From Candidatus Hydrogenedentota bacterium (GTDB lineage Bacteria > Hydrogenedentota > Hydrogenedentia > Hydrogenedentales > CAIZGN01): a DNA stretch of 52,747 bases. The notes under the pieces were generated by a model, which saw nothing but the letters and a program-made list of their open reading frames with translations, had not been told where the DNA came from and did no database searches. Below, one piece after another: positions 9,733-19,059 of the stretch. The stretch's first letter is position 1; each line of letters starts with the position of its first letter. The stretch is taken from positions 1 through 52,747 of the forward strand of contig CAIZGN010000208.1 in assembly GCA_903932505.1 (NCBI GenBank), in the 5' to 3' direction. The translations under genes were made by a program, and so were the position numbers.

Positions 9733-10137
9733 TTAGGTGGCCGTGATGAATCCGGTTTCATTGATGCTGAACGTCCGCACGCCGGTGCTGTTCGCCGTGA
9801 TGGGGGCCGCCGTGAAGGTGAAGCCGCCAACCGTCAACACGCCCGTGAAGGTGTAGCCACTCAGCTGACGTCCGTCAACCCACAGTGGATCCGCAAGCGC
9901 AGCCGGGCCGCCGCTCGGGTCGGTCGTCAGGTCGCCCCACGCCGCTGCATACGAATTGTGGGCGGAGTTGTACGCAACTTCAGCGCCGCAAAGGGCCTTC
10001 AGATTGCTTTGCGCCGACGCTTCGTTCGCGTTGATGCGGGCACGAGCCAAACTCGGGATGGCGATTGCCGCGATGATGGCAATGATCGCAACCACAATCA
10101 TCAGTTCAACCAGGGTAAAACCAGCATTCTTTTTCAT
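9733..10137 (-). CDS. Prepilin-type N-terminal cleavage/methylation domain protein (type IV pilin / T2SS pseudopilin-like)
   Basis: Start chosen at MKKNAGFTLVELMIVVAIIAIIAAIAIP, the classic G/FTLVE prepilin motif. GGAGG lies 8 nt upstream. The first two in-frame ATGs of the ORF lack usable spacing. Confidence 0.9.
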   Translation of the reverse strand: MKKNAGFTLVELMIVVAIIAIIAAIAIPSLARARINANEASAQSNLKALCGAEVAYNSAHNSYAAAWGDLTTDPSGGPAALADPLWVDGRQLSGYTFTGVLTVGGFTFTAAPITANSTGVRTFSINETGFITAT

Positions 10138-10210
10138 AGTCATTTCCTCCAAGTTTTCCACGGGCGACCATCGCTCGCGGCTTTTCTCTTCAACTAACGT
10201 CTACCGTAAG

Positions 10211-10226
10211 AGCAAGGTGCATGCCA
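10211..10226 (-). promoter_or_regulatory. Sigma-54 (-24/-12) type promoter upstream of the pilin gene
   Basis: The minus strand reads TGGCATGCACCTTGCT. This matches TGGCACG-N4-TTGCW at every fixed position except one, with correct GG/GC spacing. It lies about 75 nt upstream of the pilin ATG. Confidence 0.6.
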
Positions 10227-10320
10227 ATTCGCGTCAAGGCTGAATTTCGGCCAATATGGTTCATTTTACGGGGTGAGAGCCCTATGGGGGGCCCTGGAAA
10301 CGGGAATTTCGCAGTCTGGT

Positions 10321-10348
10321 TTTGTCACGAAGTGACAAAAAATGTCAC
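10321..10348. promoter_or_regulatory. Palindromic operator-like site in the pilin/XRE divergent intergenic region
   Basis: Perfect inverted repeat TTTGTCAC-gaa-GTGACAAA (10321-10339) plus an extra half-site TGTCAC (10343-10348). A related TTGACAAA overlaps the XRE -35 box at 10394-10401. Confidence 0.5.
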
Positions 10349-10393
10349 TTGGAGCCCTGGAATCGGGCGAGAAAAGATTCCTGAAGTTTATAC

Positions 10394-10422
10394 TTGACAA
10401 AACAGCGGAACAGGCATATAAT
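10394..10422 (+). promoter_or_regulatory. Consensus sigma-70 promoter giving a leaderless XRE transcript
   Basis: TTGACA (10394-10399), a 17-nt spacer, then TATAAT (10417-10422). The ATG at 10430 is 7 nt after the -10 box and there is no Shine-Dalgarno. Confidence 0.75.
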
Positions 10423-10429
10423 TAACACT

Positions 10430-10762
10430 ATGGAAACTCAATTCTGCCTCAAGAACCGGGTTAAAGAGCTGCGTGCCCGACTGCGTCTCCGGCAGTCGGA
10501 TCTGGCCCGGGAAGTGGATGTCACGCGGCAAACCATTCTGGCGATAGAGAAGGGACGGTTGAATCCATCGATCGCCGTCAGTCTTCGGATTTCTCGTGTA
10601 TTGCGAGAACCGGTGGACTACATCTTCTACCTAGAACGTGGCCAAGGTGAGGCCCTGTGGGAGTCCTTTGGCGAGGAGCCAAAGCGTCTTCCTGTACGGG
10701 AGCCGCTCTTGAGTCGCCCAGAGTCTTTTATGGAGCGGGCGGCACTGGCCGAGATGCGCTAG
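10430..10762 (+). CDS. XRE-family helix-turn-helix transcriptional regulator (leaderless mRNA predicted)
   Basis: HTH_3-like sequence LKNRVKELRARLRLRQSDLAREVDVTRQTILAIEKGRLNPSIAVSLRISRVL. The TTG start in the ORF track coincides with the -35 hexamer, so the ATG at 10430 is preferred. Confidence 0.85.
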   Translation: METQFCLKNRVKELRARLRLRQSDLAREVDVTRQTILAIEKGRLNPSIAVSLRISRVLREPVDYIFYLERGQGEALWESFGEEPKRLPVREPLLSRPESFMERAALAEMR

Positions 10763-10862
10763 GGCCAAGTTTTCTTGGCGCGTTTCGGTGAACCGCCCGA
10801 ATCCACGCCCCCCGGTGCGATGCGCCGGGGGGTGCTAGTGCGTTCGCCCCGCCTTGAGCGAG

Positions 10863-13800
10863 TCAAGGTTTTTTGAAGACCGATTCTTTTCCCGCATTCC
10901 TCGCACTGTCCATCGGTGTTTCACCGTTGGCTGCTTTCTGCGTGGTTGAGGCACCCGCCTCGACCAGACAGGCAACCACTTCCGCAAATCCATTGCGGGC
11001 CGCCTCGTGCAGCGGGGCGTATCCCTCCGGGGTGTGGGCGAGCCGGTTGACATCGGCCCCGGCCTTGATCAAGAGGCGCACCGCTTCGAGCCCACCCGCG
11101 CGCGCGGCCCGATGCAAGGGGGTTTCCCCGAGAAAACGTTGATTTGCGATCCACGGATAGAGGCTGACCAAGGCCTGCAGTCGGTCCGTTTTGCCCTGCA
11201 CGACAGCTCGGGCGACTTCCTCGGCCAAGGCGTCGCGCGAGAGGGTGATCAACGACACATAGCGTTGGTTGCGCTCTTTTTCGGTGTCGTTCAATGAGAA
11301 AAGAAGGGGGGCATAGGCGGTCAAGAATGACTTGAGCATGGTTATGGGGGTAGATCCCATAGCGTCGTGCGTGGCAAAGCTGGCCCCGCAGCGCAGCAGG
11401 TTTCGGGAAGCCATGAAGTACCCATTTTTTGCGGTGAAATAGAAGGGGGTTCGACCTTCCTGATCGGCTGTGTTCACATTGACGCCGCGAAGGAGTTGGA
11501 ACTGCATGCAACCCCAGTGACCGCTGTCGGCGGCAAAATGCAGCGGGAGCTGCCCGTGTAAATCAGTGATATCGAGACGGCCACCGCCCTCCACGAGGAT
11601 TCTAAGCAGCATGGGATTGCCCCGTTTTGCGGCGAGATGGACGGGTGTACGACCCCATTGATCCTGTTTATTGGGATTGGCACCGGCATCGAGAAGGCGC
11701 TTGGTGACGTGCAACCCGCCTTGCTCTGCGGCGGCAAAGAGGGGGGTCTGGCCGAAAATATCGACCCGATCGGCCATCACGCCGTGCGCGAGAAGGCATT
11801 CGACGGCATCGAGTTTCTCCGTCTGAAGGGCTAGAAAGAGGGGGGAACGCTCCTTGCGATTGAGGGCGTCCCAGGGTATACCCAAGGTCTCAAATTGCGG
11901 CAATAATTCAATCCACTGATGTTCCATGACCAGGTGCAGGGCCGTATTTCCCTCACGGTCAACCTGTAAACGATTGGCCCCGAGTTTGAGCAACGCATCG
12001 GCAGCGGGCCAGTTTCCGGCCGCGATGGCGCTCAAGAACGGGGTGAATCCTGATACTGCGACGACCTCGAGAGGTGCGCCATGCGTGACGAGGTCTTGCA
12101 GCAGGGGGACGTCGCCGATTCGCGCGGCGATGTGGAGCGCGGTTTCCCCCTTGGCGGTGGTCGCGTCGATGCGTGCGCCGTGATCCAGCAGCCAGTCGAC
12201 CATGGACTGATGGTCTTTCTCAGCGGCGCAGTGCAGCGGGGTTTGTCCTGCGCGGTTCGCCAACTGGATATCGGCTTTATAGCGGAAAAGGATTTCCGCC
12301 ATATCGATTTTGTTGAGTTCGGCGGCGAAGTGGATTGGGGTATATCCGTTGTCCGACTGAATGCTTGGGGATGCACCCCGCTCGAGGAGTAATGTGGCAA
12401 CGTCCCCGCTTCCGGCTATGACGGCGGTGTGGAGCGGGCGCTCACCTGCGAGGGTGCCGTCGTCGGGGAGGGCACCCAAATCGAGGAAGGTGGTGGCCAT
12501 CGCCATTTGGTTGCGCTTCGCGCACCAGTGCAGGGGGCGGATGCCGAACTTGCGATCCAGGTAGGAATTGGGGGGGAGCCCTGCGTTCACCAAGGCTTTT
12601 GCGGTGTTGAGATTTCCACTTTCGAGTGCTGCGCCCAGCACGCTCAGCCCTTCGAAGGTGGTGGTCTCCATGTCTGCGCCACGGGTGAGCAAGAACTCAA
12701 CGACTTCCGTTTGGCCTGCCAATGCAGCGCTCAGCAGCGGCGTGGCGTTGTTCAACTGCTCGGCCTCAATTGCGGGGGGCTCCTCGTCTAGCATGGTGCG
12801 AACCATCCCCAAATCGCCGGAGGATGCGGCATAATTAATGTCCTTGTACACGCCCAATTGATGCAGCACTGCGGACACATTCCAGCGCTTTGCGCGTATC
12901 GCGACTTCAATGGCGTTGCGCCCGCCTGCTGGGGCACTGCTGGCAAAGGGATCGGCACCCAGAGCATACAACGTCACCACGGATTCTGCACGGCCTTTCA
13001 TGGCAGCATACAACAGGGGCGTGTAGTTCTCGTTGTTCCGCGATTCTTTGTCCGCGCCATGGCGCAGCAGCCACTCGATGGTGCGGGTCTGTCCCTGCGC
13101 GGCGGCCAAATGGAGAGCGGTGTTGCCTGCGCTATCCTTGGATTCGAGCAGGTTGGTCGCCTTCAACACATAGGGCAGCATGGCGGTGAAACCGTTTTCA
13201 GCGGCGAGTAGAAAGGCGTCGCGACCCGATTCATCCCGCGCGTAGAGCTGTTGTCCTGCGGCCAGATGGCCCAGGGTGTCGTACAGGTCGCCCGCGACCA
13301 CGGCTTTGAGAAGACTGTCATACACCAGCACGCGGGTCGGGTCGGGGGCCGGTAGCAGAATCTCGGGCTCCCCCTCTTTTTGCAGGCCGGGCAGGGCGTT
13401 GGTTGCTTGTGGTTCGGGATTGGCCGGGGTGTCCGCTTGCGCGAGGCCGGCAGGTGGGGCGGGCTCTTCGGTGGCTGTATCCGTGGGCATCGGATCCGCG
13501 CTGCTTTTCTCAGCGGTTCCCGGGGCATCGGTGGTGACTGCGATGTCCACAAAGCCCATCATTGTCACGCACTTGAGCGGGGATTGAAGAATAGAGGGGT
13601 CGTATCCTTGATTCAAGTAGATTACAAATGCTGCGTTGGGGTTGGTGGCGTATACCTGCGTGAGTTTTTCCTTCAGTTGGGATTCGTTCACCGTTAGGCC
13701 ATCATAGGTCATCGTGTCAGGGGTGCGCAGGTCGATTTGGTGTGGTTTTTCGGCTGCTTGCGCGGGGGCTTGTCCCGCAGGAGGGGCGGCGGTTTCCGCA

Positions 13801-14147
13801 GGGGATGCGGGAATGGCCGGAAGGGCGGGATTCACCGTGGACTTCACCTCGTCGGTGGTGGGCACGATGTTATCCGAAAATCCGGCCTTTAGTGCGGCTT
13901 GAAGCGCGGGCTGCAAAATCGCCGGTTCGTACTCCTTCGGCAGACGAATAACGACCGTCGCTTCGGGATTCTGTTTGAAAGCGTCATTGAGCGCGGACTG
14001 AAGGGCAGCCTCGTCCACGGTTTTCCCGAGATAGGTTATGCCACCCGAAGTGTCGATCAGGATTTCATAGGTCGGGGGGGGGGCCGCCGCCAGTGCGGCA
14101 GTGGCCATCCCAAGCATAACCGCCCATCGGGCCGCGAGTCTCAACAT
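10863..14147 (-). CDS. Secreted protein with two N-terminal ExbD/TolR-like periplasmic domains followed by a long ankyrin-repeat array
   Basis: Signal peptide MLRLAARWAVMLGMATAALAA and GGAGAA RBS. Two paralogous modules (YEILIDTSGGITYLGKTVDEAALQSALNDAFKQNPEATVVIRLPKEYEPAILQPALQAALKAGF and IDLRTPDTMTYDGLTVNESQLKEKLTQVYATNPNAAFVIYLNQGYDPSILQSPLKCVTMMGF) fit the ExbD pattern. More than 20 repeats of the G.T.LH.A...G......LL..GA type follow. Confidence 0.8.
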   Translation of the reverse strand: MLRLAARWAVMLGMATAALAAAPPPTYEILIDTSGGITYLGKTVDEAALQSALNDAFKQNPEATVVIRLPKEYEPAILQPALQAALKAGFSDNIVPTTDEVKSTVNPALPAIPASPAETAAPPAGQAPAQAAEKPHQIDLRTPDTMTYDGLTVNESQLKEKLTQVYATNPNAAFVIYLNQGYDPSILQSPLKCVTMMGFVDIAVTTDAPGTAEKSSADPMPTDTATEEPAPPAGLAQADTPANPEPQATNALPGLQKEGEPEILLPAPDPTRVLVYDSLLKAVVAGDLYDTLGHLAAGQQLYARDESGRDAFLLAAENGFTAMLPYVLKATNLLESKDSAGNTALHLAAAQGQTRTIEWLLRHGADKESRNNENYTPLLYAAMKGRAESVVTLYALGADPFASSAPAGGRNAIEVAIRAKRWNVSAVLHQLGVYKDINYAASSGDLGMVRTMLDEEPPAIEAEQLNNATPLLSAALAGQTEVVEFLLTRGADMETTTFEGLSVLGAALESGNLNTAKALVNAGLPPNSYLDRKFGIRPLHWCAKRNQMAMATTFLDLGALPDDGTLAGERPLHTAVIAGSGDVATLLLERGASPSIQSDNGYTPIHFAAELNKIDMAEILFRYKADIQLANRAGQTPLHCAAEKDHQSMVDWLLDHGARIDATTAKGETALHIAARIGDVPLLQDLVTHGAPLEVVAVSGFTPFLSAIAAGNWPAADALLKLGANRLQVDREGNTALHLVMEHQWIELLPQFETLGIPWDALNRKERSPLFLALQTEKLDAVECLLAHGVMADRVDIFGQTPLFAAAEQGGLHVTKRLLDAGANPNKQDQWGRTPVHLAAKRGNPMLLRILVEGGGRLDITDLHGQLPLHFAADSGHWGCMQFQLLRGVNVNTADQEGRTPFYFTAKNGYFMASRNLLRCGASFATHDAMGSTPITMLKSFLTAYAPLLFSLNDTEKERNQRYVSLITLSRDALAEEVARAVVQGKTDRLQALVSLYPWIANQRFLGETPLHRAARAGGLEAVRLLIKAGADVNRLAHTPEGYAPLHEAARNGFAEVVACLVEAGASTTQKAANGETPMDSARNAGKESVFKKP

Positions 14148-14190
14148 GCCGTGATTTCTCCGTCAAAGGGACGCGTGGTCGGGCTCATGC

Positions 14191-15147
14191 CTACGATGTC
14201 GCGCCCTGTTCGAGTTCATATTGCTCTTGGGGACTCAATTGGATATCCAGCGCGGCCGTGCTCGCCTGAAATTCCCCGGGCGTGTAGGCGGCCACCAAGG
14301 GGAATACTTCGTAAGGCTGATTGAGCACATAGGCCAGCGCGATTTGGGCGGCAGAGTATCCTCGTCTTTTTCCCATGGCCTCGGCTCGTTCGAGGCGCTG
14401 CCAGTTTTCCTCGCAGCCGTAGCAGCGCATGTACAGTTCGTCCACATGTTCTGCCTGATTCGCGCGGGTCAAGCGCCCGGAAAACCAACCGCCTGCAAGC
14501 GCGGACCAGCAGAACAAGGGGAATTTGGTCTCGGCAAACCACGCGCGATCCGCTGCGTTCTCATCCCCGGTGATGGTGATGCAATCATCCCACGGCGCGT
14601 CAATTTGCCGGGCCAGACTGAAATGCGGACTGCTTACGGCAAATGGAATCAGACCGTGCGCCTCGGCATAGGCGTTGGCTTCGCGAACCCGCGCTACGGT
14701 CCAATTCGAGCCACCGAAGGCGCGGATACGCCCGGCGGCGCGGTGCTCGTTCAGGATCTCGACAATCGGGCCCACCGGCACATTGGGATCGTCGCGGTGC
14801 AAGAGGTAGAGGTCTATGTAGGAGGTTTGAAGGCGTGCTAGCGAGTCGTGGATGTCGGCCGTGATGTCGAAGGGAGTGACCCGGCGACGATCCTCGCTGT
14901 GATGCGCACCCTTGTCCAGGATGACGACCTTTTCGCGGATATTGCGTGAACGAATCCATCCGCCAAGCACCCGTTCGCATGCGCCATTGCCGTAGACATG
15001 CGCGGTGTCGAAGGTGTTGCAACCGGCCTCGAAAATGGCGTCAAAGAGCGCCCAGTTCTGTTCCTGCGTGGCCGGGCTGAGCATGACTGTACCTTGCACG
15101 AGGCGGGAAACGGGCTTGTCCAGCCCGGCGATGGCACCATATTTCAT
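14191..15147 (-). CDS. Aldo/keto reductase family oxidoreductase
   Basis: AKR blocks are NTFDTAHVYGNG, VILDKGAH, DLYLLHRDDP and IRAFGGSNW. RBS AGAGGAA. Confidence 0.85.
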   Translation of the reverse strand: MKYGAIAGLDKPVSRLVQGTVMLSPATQEQNWALFDAIFEAGCNTFDTAHVYGNGACERVLGGWIRSRNIREKVVILDKGAHHSEDRRRVTPFDITADIHDSLARLQTSYIDLYLLHRDDPNVPVGPIVEILNEHRAAGRIRAFGGSNWTVARVREANAYAEAHGLIPFAVSSPHFSLARQIDAPWDDCITITGDENAADRAWFAETKFPLFCWSALAGGWFSGRLTRANQAEHVDELYMRCYGCEENWQRLERAEAMGKRRGYSAAQIALAYVLNQPYEVFPLVAAYTPGEFQASTAALDIQLSPQEQYELEQGATS

Positions 15148-15169
15148 TGGGGTATTCCTCTTCTTGGTT

Positions 15170-16159
15170 CTAGGGTTCCATGGGGTAGCGAAGACCCCAT
15201 TGCGCGCGAATACGATCCATCGTGTCCATGATGCTCAGGGTTTCATCCAGCGGCATGACCTCGTGTTCGAGACGGCCATCCCGCAGGCAGTCGCCCGCAG
15301 CGGCGGCTTCATAATTGTAGCCGTTGCCCTCATAGGGCAGCTCAACTTCCTGCGGGTCTTTCCCGTTCAGCGCGAGCACGACTTTGGGACTGCGCCAGAA
15401 GGGGGAGGGCACATGAATGAGACCCTCAGTGCCGATCACCCGTGCTTCCTGCGAGGTGTTGGCCCGTACGGCGGAGGCAAGCAGGGCCAGCGCCCCGCCC
15501 GAATAGCCGAGCACCATCGCGGCGTGTTCGTCGACTTTGGTCACGCCGATATGCGCGAGACTTTGAATTTCTGTGGGTGGCCCGCCGAAGACCATTGAGG
15601 CGAAGGACACCGCATAGACTCCCACATCCAGCAGGCTGCCGCCACCGAAGTTGGGATCGAACAAGCGGCTTTCCGGATCCAGCTGGGCGCAGAATCCAAA
15701 ATCAGCCTGCACCATCCGCACTTCGCCGATCACGCCTTCCTTCAGCCAGGCGCGCACCTGGGCGATCGCCGGAAGAAAACGCGTCCACATGGCTTCCATG
15801 AGAAAGCGTTTTTCGGTGCGGGCGGTATCGACCATGGTCTGCGCCTCGGCGCGATTGATGGCGAAAGGCTTTTCGCACAGCACGCCCTTGCCGGACTTCA
15901 AGCAAAGGATGGAATCATCCTTGTGGGCTTGATGCGGACTTGAGACGTAGATGATATCCACGGCGTCATCCTGCGCCAGCGCGGCATAGGTGGCATGACG
16001 GCGGGGGACATTGAATTCATCCGCAAAAGCGGTGGCCGTGTCCGCGTTTCGCGAACCGACCGCAACGAGTTCTGCATCGGGAAGCGCCTGCAAGCCTCTG
16101 GCGAACTGCTTGGCAATGTTGCCTGTCCCCAAAATGCCCCAACGTATTTTATCCGGCAT
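15170..16159 (-). CDS. Gfo/Idh/MocA family NAD(P)-dependent oxidoreductase
   Basis: N-terminal Rossmann motif IRWGILGTGNIA and the EKP motif VLCEKPFA. RBS AAAGGAGA. Confidence 0.85.
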   Translation of the reverse strand: MPDKIRWGILGTGNIAKQFARGLQALPDAELVAVGSRNADTATAFADEFNVPRRHATYAALAQDDAVDIIYVSSPHQAHKDDSILCLKSGKGVLCEKPFAINRAEAQTMVDTARTEKRFLMEAMWTRFLPAIAQVRAWLKEGVIGEVRMVQADFGFCAQLDPESRLFDPNFGGGSLLDVGVYAVSFASMVFGGPPTEIQSLAHIGVTKVDEHAAMVLGYSGGALALLASAVRANTSQEARVIGTEGLIHVPSPFWRSPKVVLALNGKDPQEVELPYEGNGYNYEAAAAGDCLRDGRLEHEVMPLDETLSIMDTMDRIRAQWGLRYPMEP

Positions 16160-16439
16160 ACCGGCTCTCCTTTCGTGTGTTTACCCGTGCGCGCCGAACG
16201 CGCGCCGGACGTATACCATACCTTCCCGGGGCACTATATTGTCAAGAACAACACAGCAGGGATCCGGAACAGCAGGTGGTGTTGGCCCTTGGGTGGGCAG
16301 GCAAGAGGCCTGCGTGACGGGGAGGGGCAGAGGTGTTTGGGTGGTTCTGGTGATTTAGCCAAAGCGCCGACTTGGGTCGGCGTAGTCCATATGGCGGATT
16401 GGCCTATTGGGGACGTTGTTTTACAGACTGGGTTATTTG

Positions 16440-16468
16440 TTGACAAATGCGGAGAAAGACCTTAGACT
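16440..16468 (+). promoter_or_regulatory. Sigma-70-like promoter for the hybrid histidine kinase gene
   Basis: TTGACA (16440-16445), a 17-nt spacer, then TAGACT (16463-16468), about 50 nt upstream of the ATG at 16518. Confidence 0.55.
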
Positions 16469-16517
16469 TCATGTCGGAGTCCCTTGTCTTCGGGGCGCCG
16501 CATGAGGTGTTGGGTTG

Positions 16518-19055
16518 ATGGCTCTGCAGGAAATAAAACGGCATGTGCTGACTTCATCGGTGCTGCCTGCCTTGTCGCAGGCGGCCTGGGAGGCTTTGCG
16601 CACGACTTCTGCGCCGGATGCGGCACAGGAGCTTGCCGCCATTGTTTCTTTTGATCCTGTTTTATCTTCGCGAGTGGTGCAGGAGGCACGCAAGAGTTTT
16701 GGTGATCCGCGCATTTCGAATGCCGAGCAGGCGATGGAGCGGTTGGGTGTGACTGCGGCGCGTACGGCGGTGTTGCGGCATGCGTTGACGGCGCTGTTTC
16801 CTCCGGTGCGGGCACGCAAGCTTGATCGTCACGCTTTCTGGCGCGAGGCGTTTGCTTCGGCGGCTGCGGCGGAATGGCTGGCGGTGCGGGTGACGGTTCC
16901 TTTTGCCCATGACGCGTATGCAGCGGGTTTGCTGCATGATATTGGTCTTCTGGTGATCGATCTGATTGCGGAGGATGGATACAGCAAGCCTTTGGAGACG
17001 GCGCACGGGCAGGGGCTGTTTGTGCTGGAGGCGGAGCGCCAGGAATTCGGGGTGGACCATACGTTGGCGGGGAAGTGGCTGGCGGAGCGTTGGGGATTGC
17101 CCGCACCGCTGGCGGCCGCGCTTTGGTTGCATCATCATCCGCCGGGCACGCTTGACCAGACGAATTATCCGATTGCCCTGATTGACTTGACGGCGGTGGC
17201 TGACACTTTGGGGCGTCGGCGCTTGAGTGATTCATCGGGCAGCACTTCGCGGGATCCGGTGCTGGAGGAGCGGTTGAGCCGTCTCGGGCTTTCGCCGTCT
17301 ATTCTTGAGGAGTTCGGCCGAAAACGTTCGCCGGTTCATGCGGTGTCTTTTGAGGGCGCGGAACCTTCTTTGGTTCAGGCGGCCAGTCCGACGGATAGTG
17401 CGCGCCTGCGGCAGGCCGAGAAGGACAGCCAGCGTTATCGTGCGCTGTATGAGGCGATGCGGCAATGCTTGGCGGAAACGAACAGTAGCGGCATTCTTCG
17501 TTGCGCGGCGGAGGCGTTGCGTGGTGGCTTGGGTATTCCGGCGGGGCTTTGTTATCGGGTGGATTCGACGCATCATTGGACGGAGGCGGCGGTGTGGCGT
17601 CCCGGCACGGACGAGGTCTTGATGATGACCTTGCCGCTGGAGGACGCGGCCGGTCGCGAGGGGCACCCGGCGGAAACGCATTTGCTGCGGTTGTTGCGGG
17701 AGTTGGCCCCGGACGCGGTGGAGCGGCAGGGACTGATGGCGATGCCGATGTCCGCCTCGAAGCGCGACTGGGCGCAAATGATTTTTGATACGAATGCGCC
17801 GGGGACCCGGTTCTCGCCGGAGGACATGATGGCCCTGATGTCCTTTGCGAATGCGTGCGGTCAGGCGCTGGAGGCCTGCGAGACACGGGAGGCCCTCGCC
17901 GCGCAGGCCGAGTCACTGGGCGAATCCCTGTGGATGCGGGAGTTCGACCAGGAAAAGAAGAGCCGCGCCGATCGCCTAGATTCCGTGGCCCGGATGGCGG
18001 CAGGTGCCGCGCATGAAATCAACAATCCGCTGGCCATCATATCGGGTCGGGCGCAGATTCTGTTGCATCGCGCGACGGAACCGAATGACGCGCAGGCGTT
18101 GCGCACGATCGTGGAGCAGAGCCAGCGCGCGAGCAAGGTGCTTGGTGACCTTATCCAATTTGCGCGGCCTCCGAAACCCCGGTTTGAGGAGGCGCGGATT
18201 GAGGAGCTGATTCGTCGTGTGCTCGCGTCGTTCAGCGCGGTATTGTCGAGGGAGGGCATGACCCTTCAGGAGTCCTATGCGACGGATCTTCCGGCGGTGC
18301 CGGTGGATCGTCACCAGATGGAACAGGTTTTGAGCCATCTGGTCGGGAACTCGATCGACGCGATGTCTCCCGCCGGGGGCGTACTTTCGGTATCTGCAAA
18401 ATCCAGCCGCGATCGGCGATCCGTGATCATTCAAATTACGGACACGGGGCATGGTATCCCTGGCGATATCGTGGCCCATGTCTTCGACCCCTTCTTCACT
18501 ACGCGGGAAGGCGGGGGACACACGGGGCTGGGACTCTCGGTTTGTCATGGCGTGATCGAGAGCCATCGGGGGAGCATCACCATCCACAGCCAGCCACGCA
18601 AGGAAACATCGGTCACCGTCACGCTTCCCTCCGCGCTACTGAACACGTCGAGCGCGGCGGTGCCTCCGCTGTCGCGGGCATCGAACCCCATGGTTCTGCT
18701 GGCCGACGCGGACGACGAACTTTGCGAGGTGCTGGCCTCCGCCCTCACGAACCGGGGCTATGCGGTTCGCTTTACGAGCGATCCCCTCGAGGCGATGGCG
18801 GCGCTGATTGCGCACCCCATCGGGCTGGTGCTGATTGACCTGCATCTGAACGCGATCGACGGTGCACCCCTGTGGCATCGAATCCGTCAACGCTACCCCA
18901 ACGTCCCGCTGATCGGTTTGGCGGCTCAGGGGCATGCGGAAGATATCGCGGCGGCGACCCGGATCGGTGCGCGGTCCTGTATCGAGAAGCCCTTCGGCAT
19001 CGAGGCTCTCTTACACGAACTGCGGGCGGTGCTGGGCTCTCGCGGGGCGGCCTGA
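16518..19055 (+). CDS. Hybrid sensor histidine kinase: HDOD domain + sensory region + HisKA/HATPase_c + C-terminal receiver
   Basis: HDOD-like N-terminus (HDIGLLVID, LHHHPP). H-box MAAGAAHEINNPLAII. N/G boxes LVGNSIDAM, DTGHGIP and GTGLGLS. The receiver is VLLADADDE...LVLIDLHL. Confidence 0.85.
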   Translation: MALQEIKRHVLTSSVLPALSQAAWEALRTTSAPDAAQELAAIVSFDPVLSSRVVQEARKSFGDPRISNAEQAMERLGVTAARTAVLRHALTALFPPVRARKLDRHAFWREAFASAAAAEWLAVRVTVPFAHDAYAAGLLHDIGLLVIDLIAEDGYSKPLETAHGQGLFVLEAERQEFGVDHTLAGKWLAERWGLPAPLAAALWLHHHPPGTLDQTNYPIALIDLTAVADTLGRRRLSDSSGSTSRDPVLEERLSRLGLSPSILEEFGRKRSPVHAVSFEGAEPSLVQAASPTDSARLRQAEKDSQRYRALYEAMRQCLAETNSSGILRCAAEALRGGLGIPAGLCYRVDSTHHWTEAAVWRPGTDEVLMMTLPLEDAAGREGHPAETHLLRLLRELAPDAVERQGLMAMPMSASKRDWAQMIFDTNAPGTRFSPEDMMALMSFANACGQALEACETREALAAQAESLGESLWMREFDQEKKSRADRLDSVARMAAGAAHEINNPLAIISGRAQILLHRATEPNDAQALRTIVEQSQRASKVLGDLIQFARPPKPRFEEARIEELIRRVLASFSAVLSREGMTLQESYATDLPAVPVDRHQMEQVLSHLVGNSIDAMSPAGGVLSVSAKSSRDRRSVIIQITDTGHGIPGDIVAHVFDPFFTTREGGGHTGLGLSVCHGVIESHRGSITIHSQPRKETSVTVTLPSALLNTSSAAVPPLSRASNPMVLLADADDELCEVLASALTNRGYAVRFTSDPLEAMAALIAHPIGLVLIDLHLNAIDGAPLWHRIRQRYPNVPLIGLAAQGHAEDIAAATRIGARSCIEKPFGIEALLHELRAVLGSRGAA

Positions 19056-19059
19056 GCCC

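Noticed and set aside
10394-10429. TTG start of the XRE ORF as given in the track
   Set aside because: The TTG is the first half of a perfect TTGACA -35 box, spaced 17 nt from TATAAT. The ATG at 10430 begins the conserved HTH protein.
16462-17235. Minus-strand 257-aa Pro-rich ORF and other antisense ORFs inside the histidine kinase gene
   Set aside because: The plus-strand frame carries unmistakable HDOD, HisKA, HATPase and REC motifs. The antisense frame is low-complexity.
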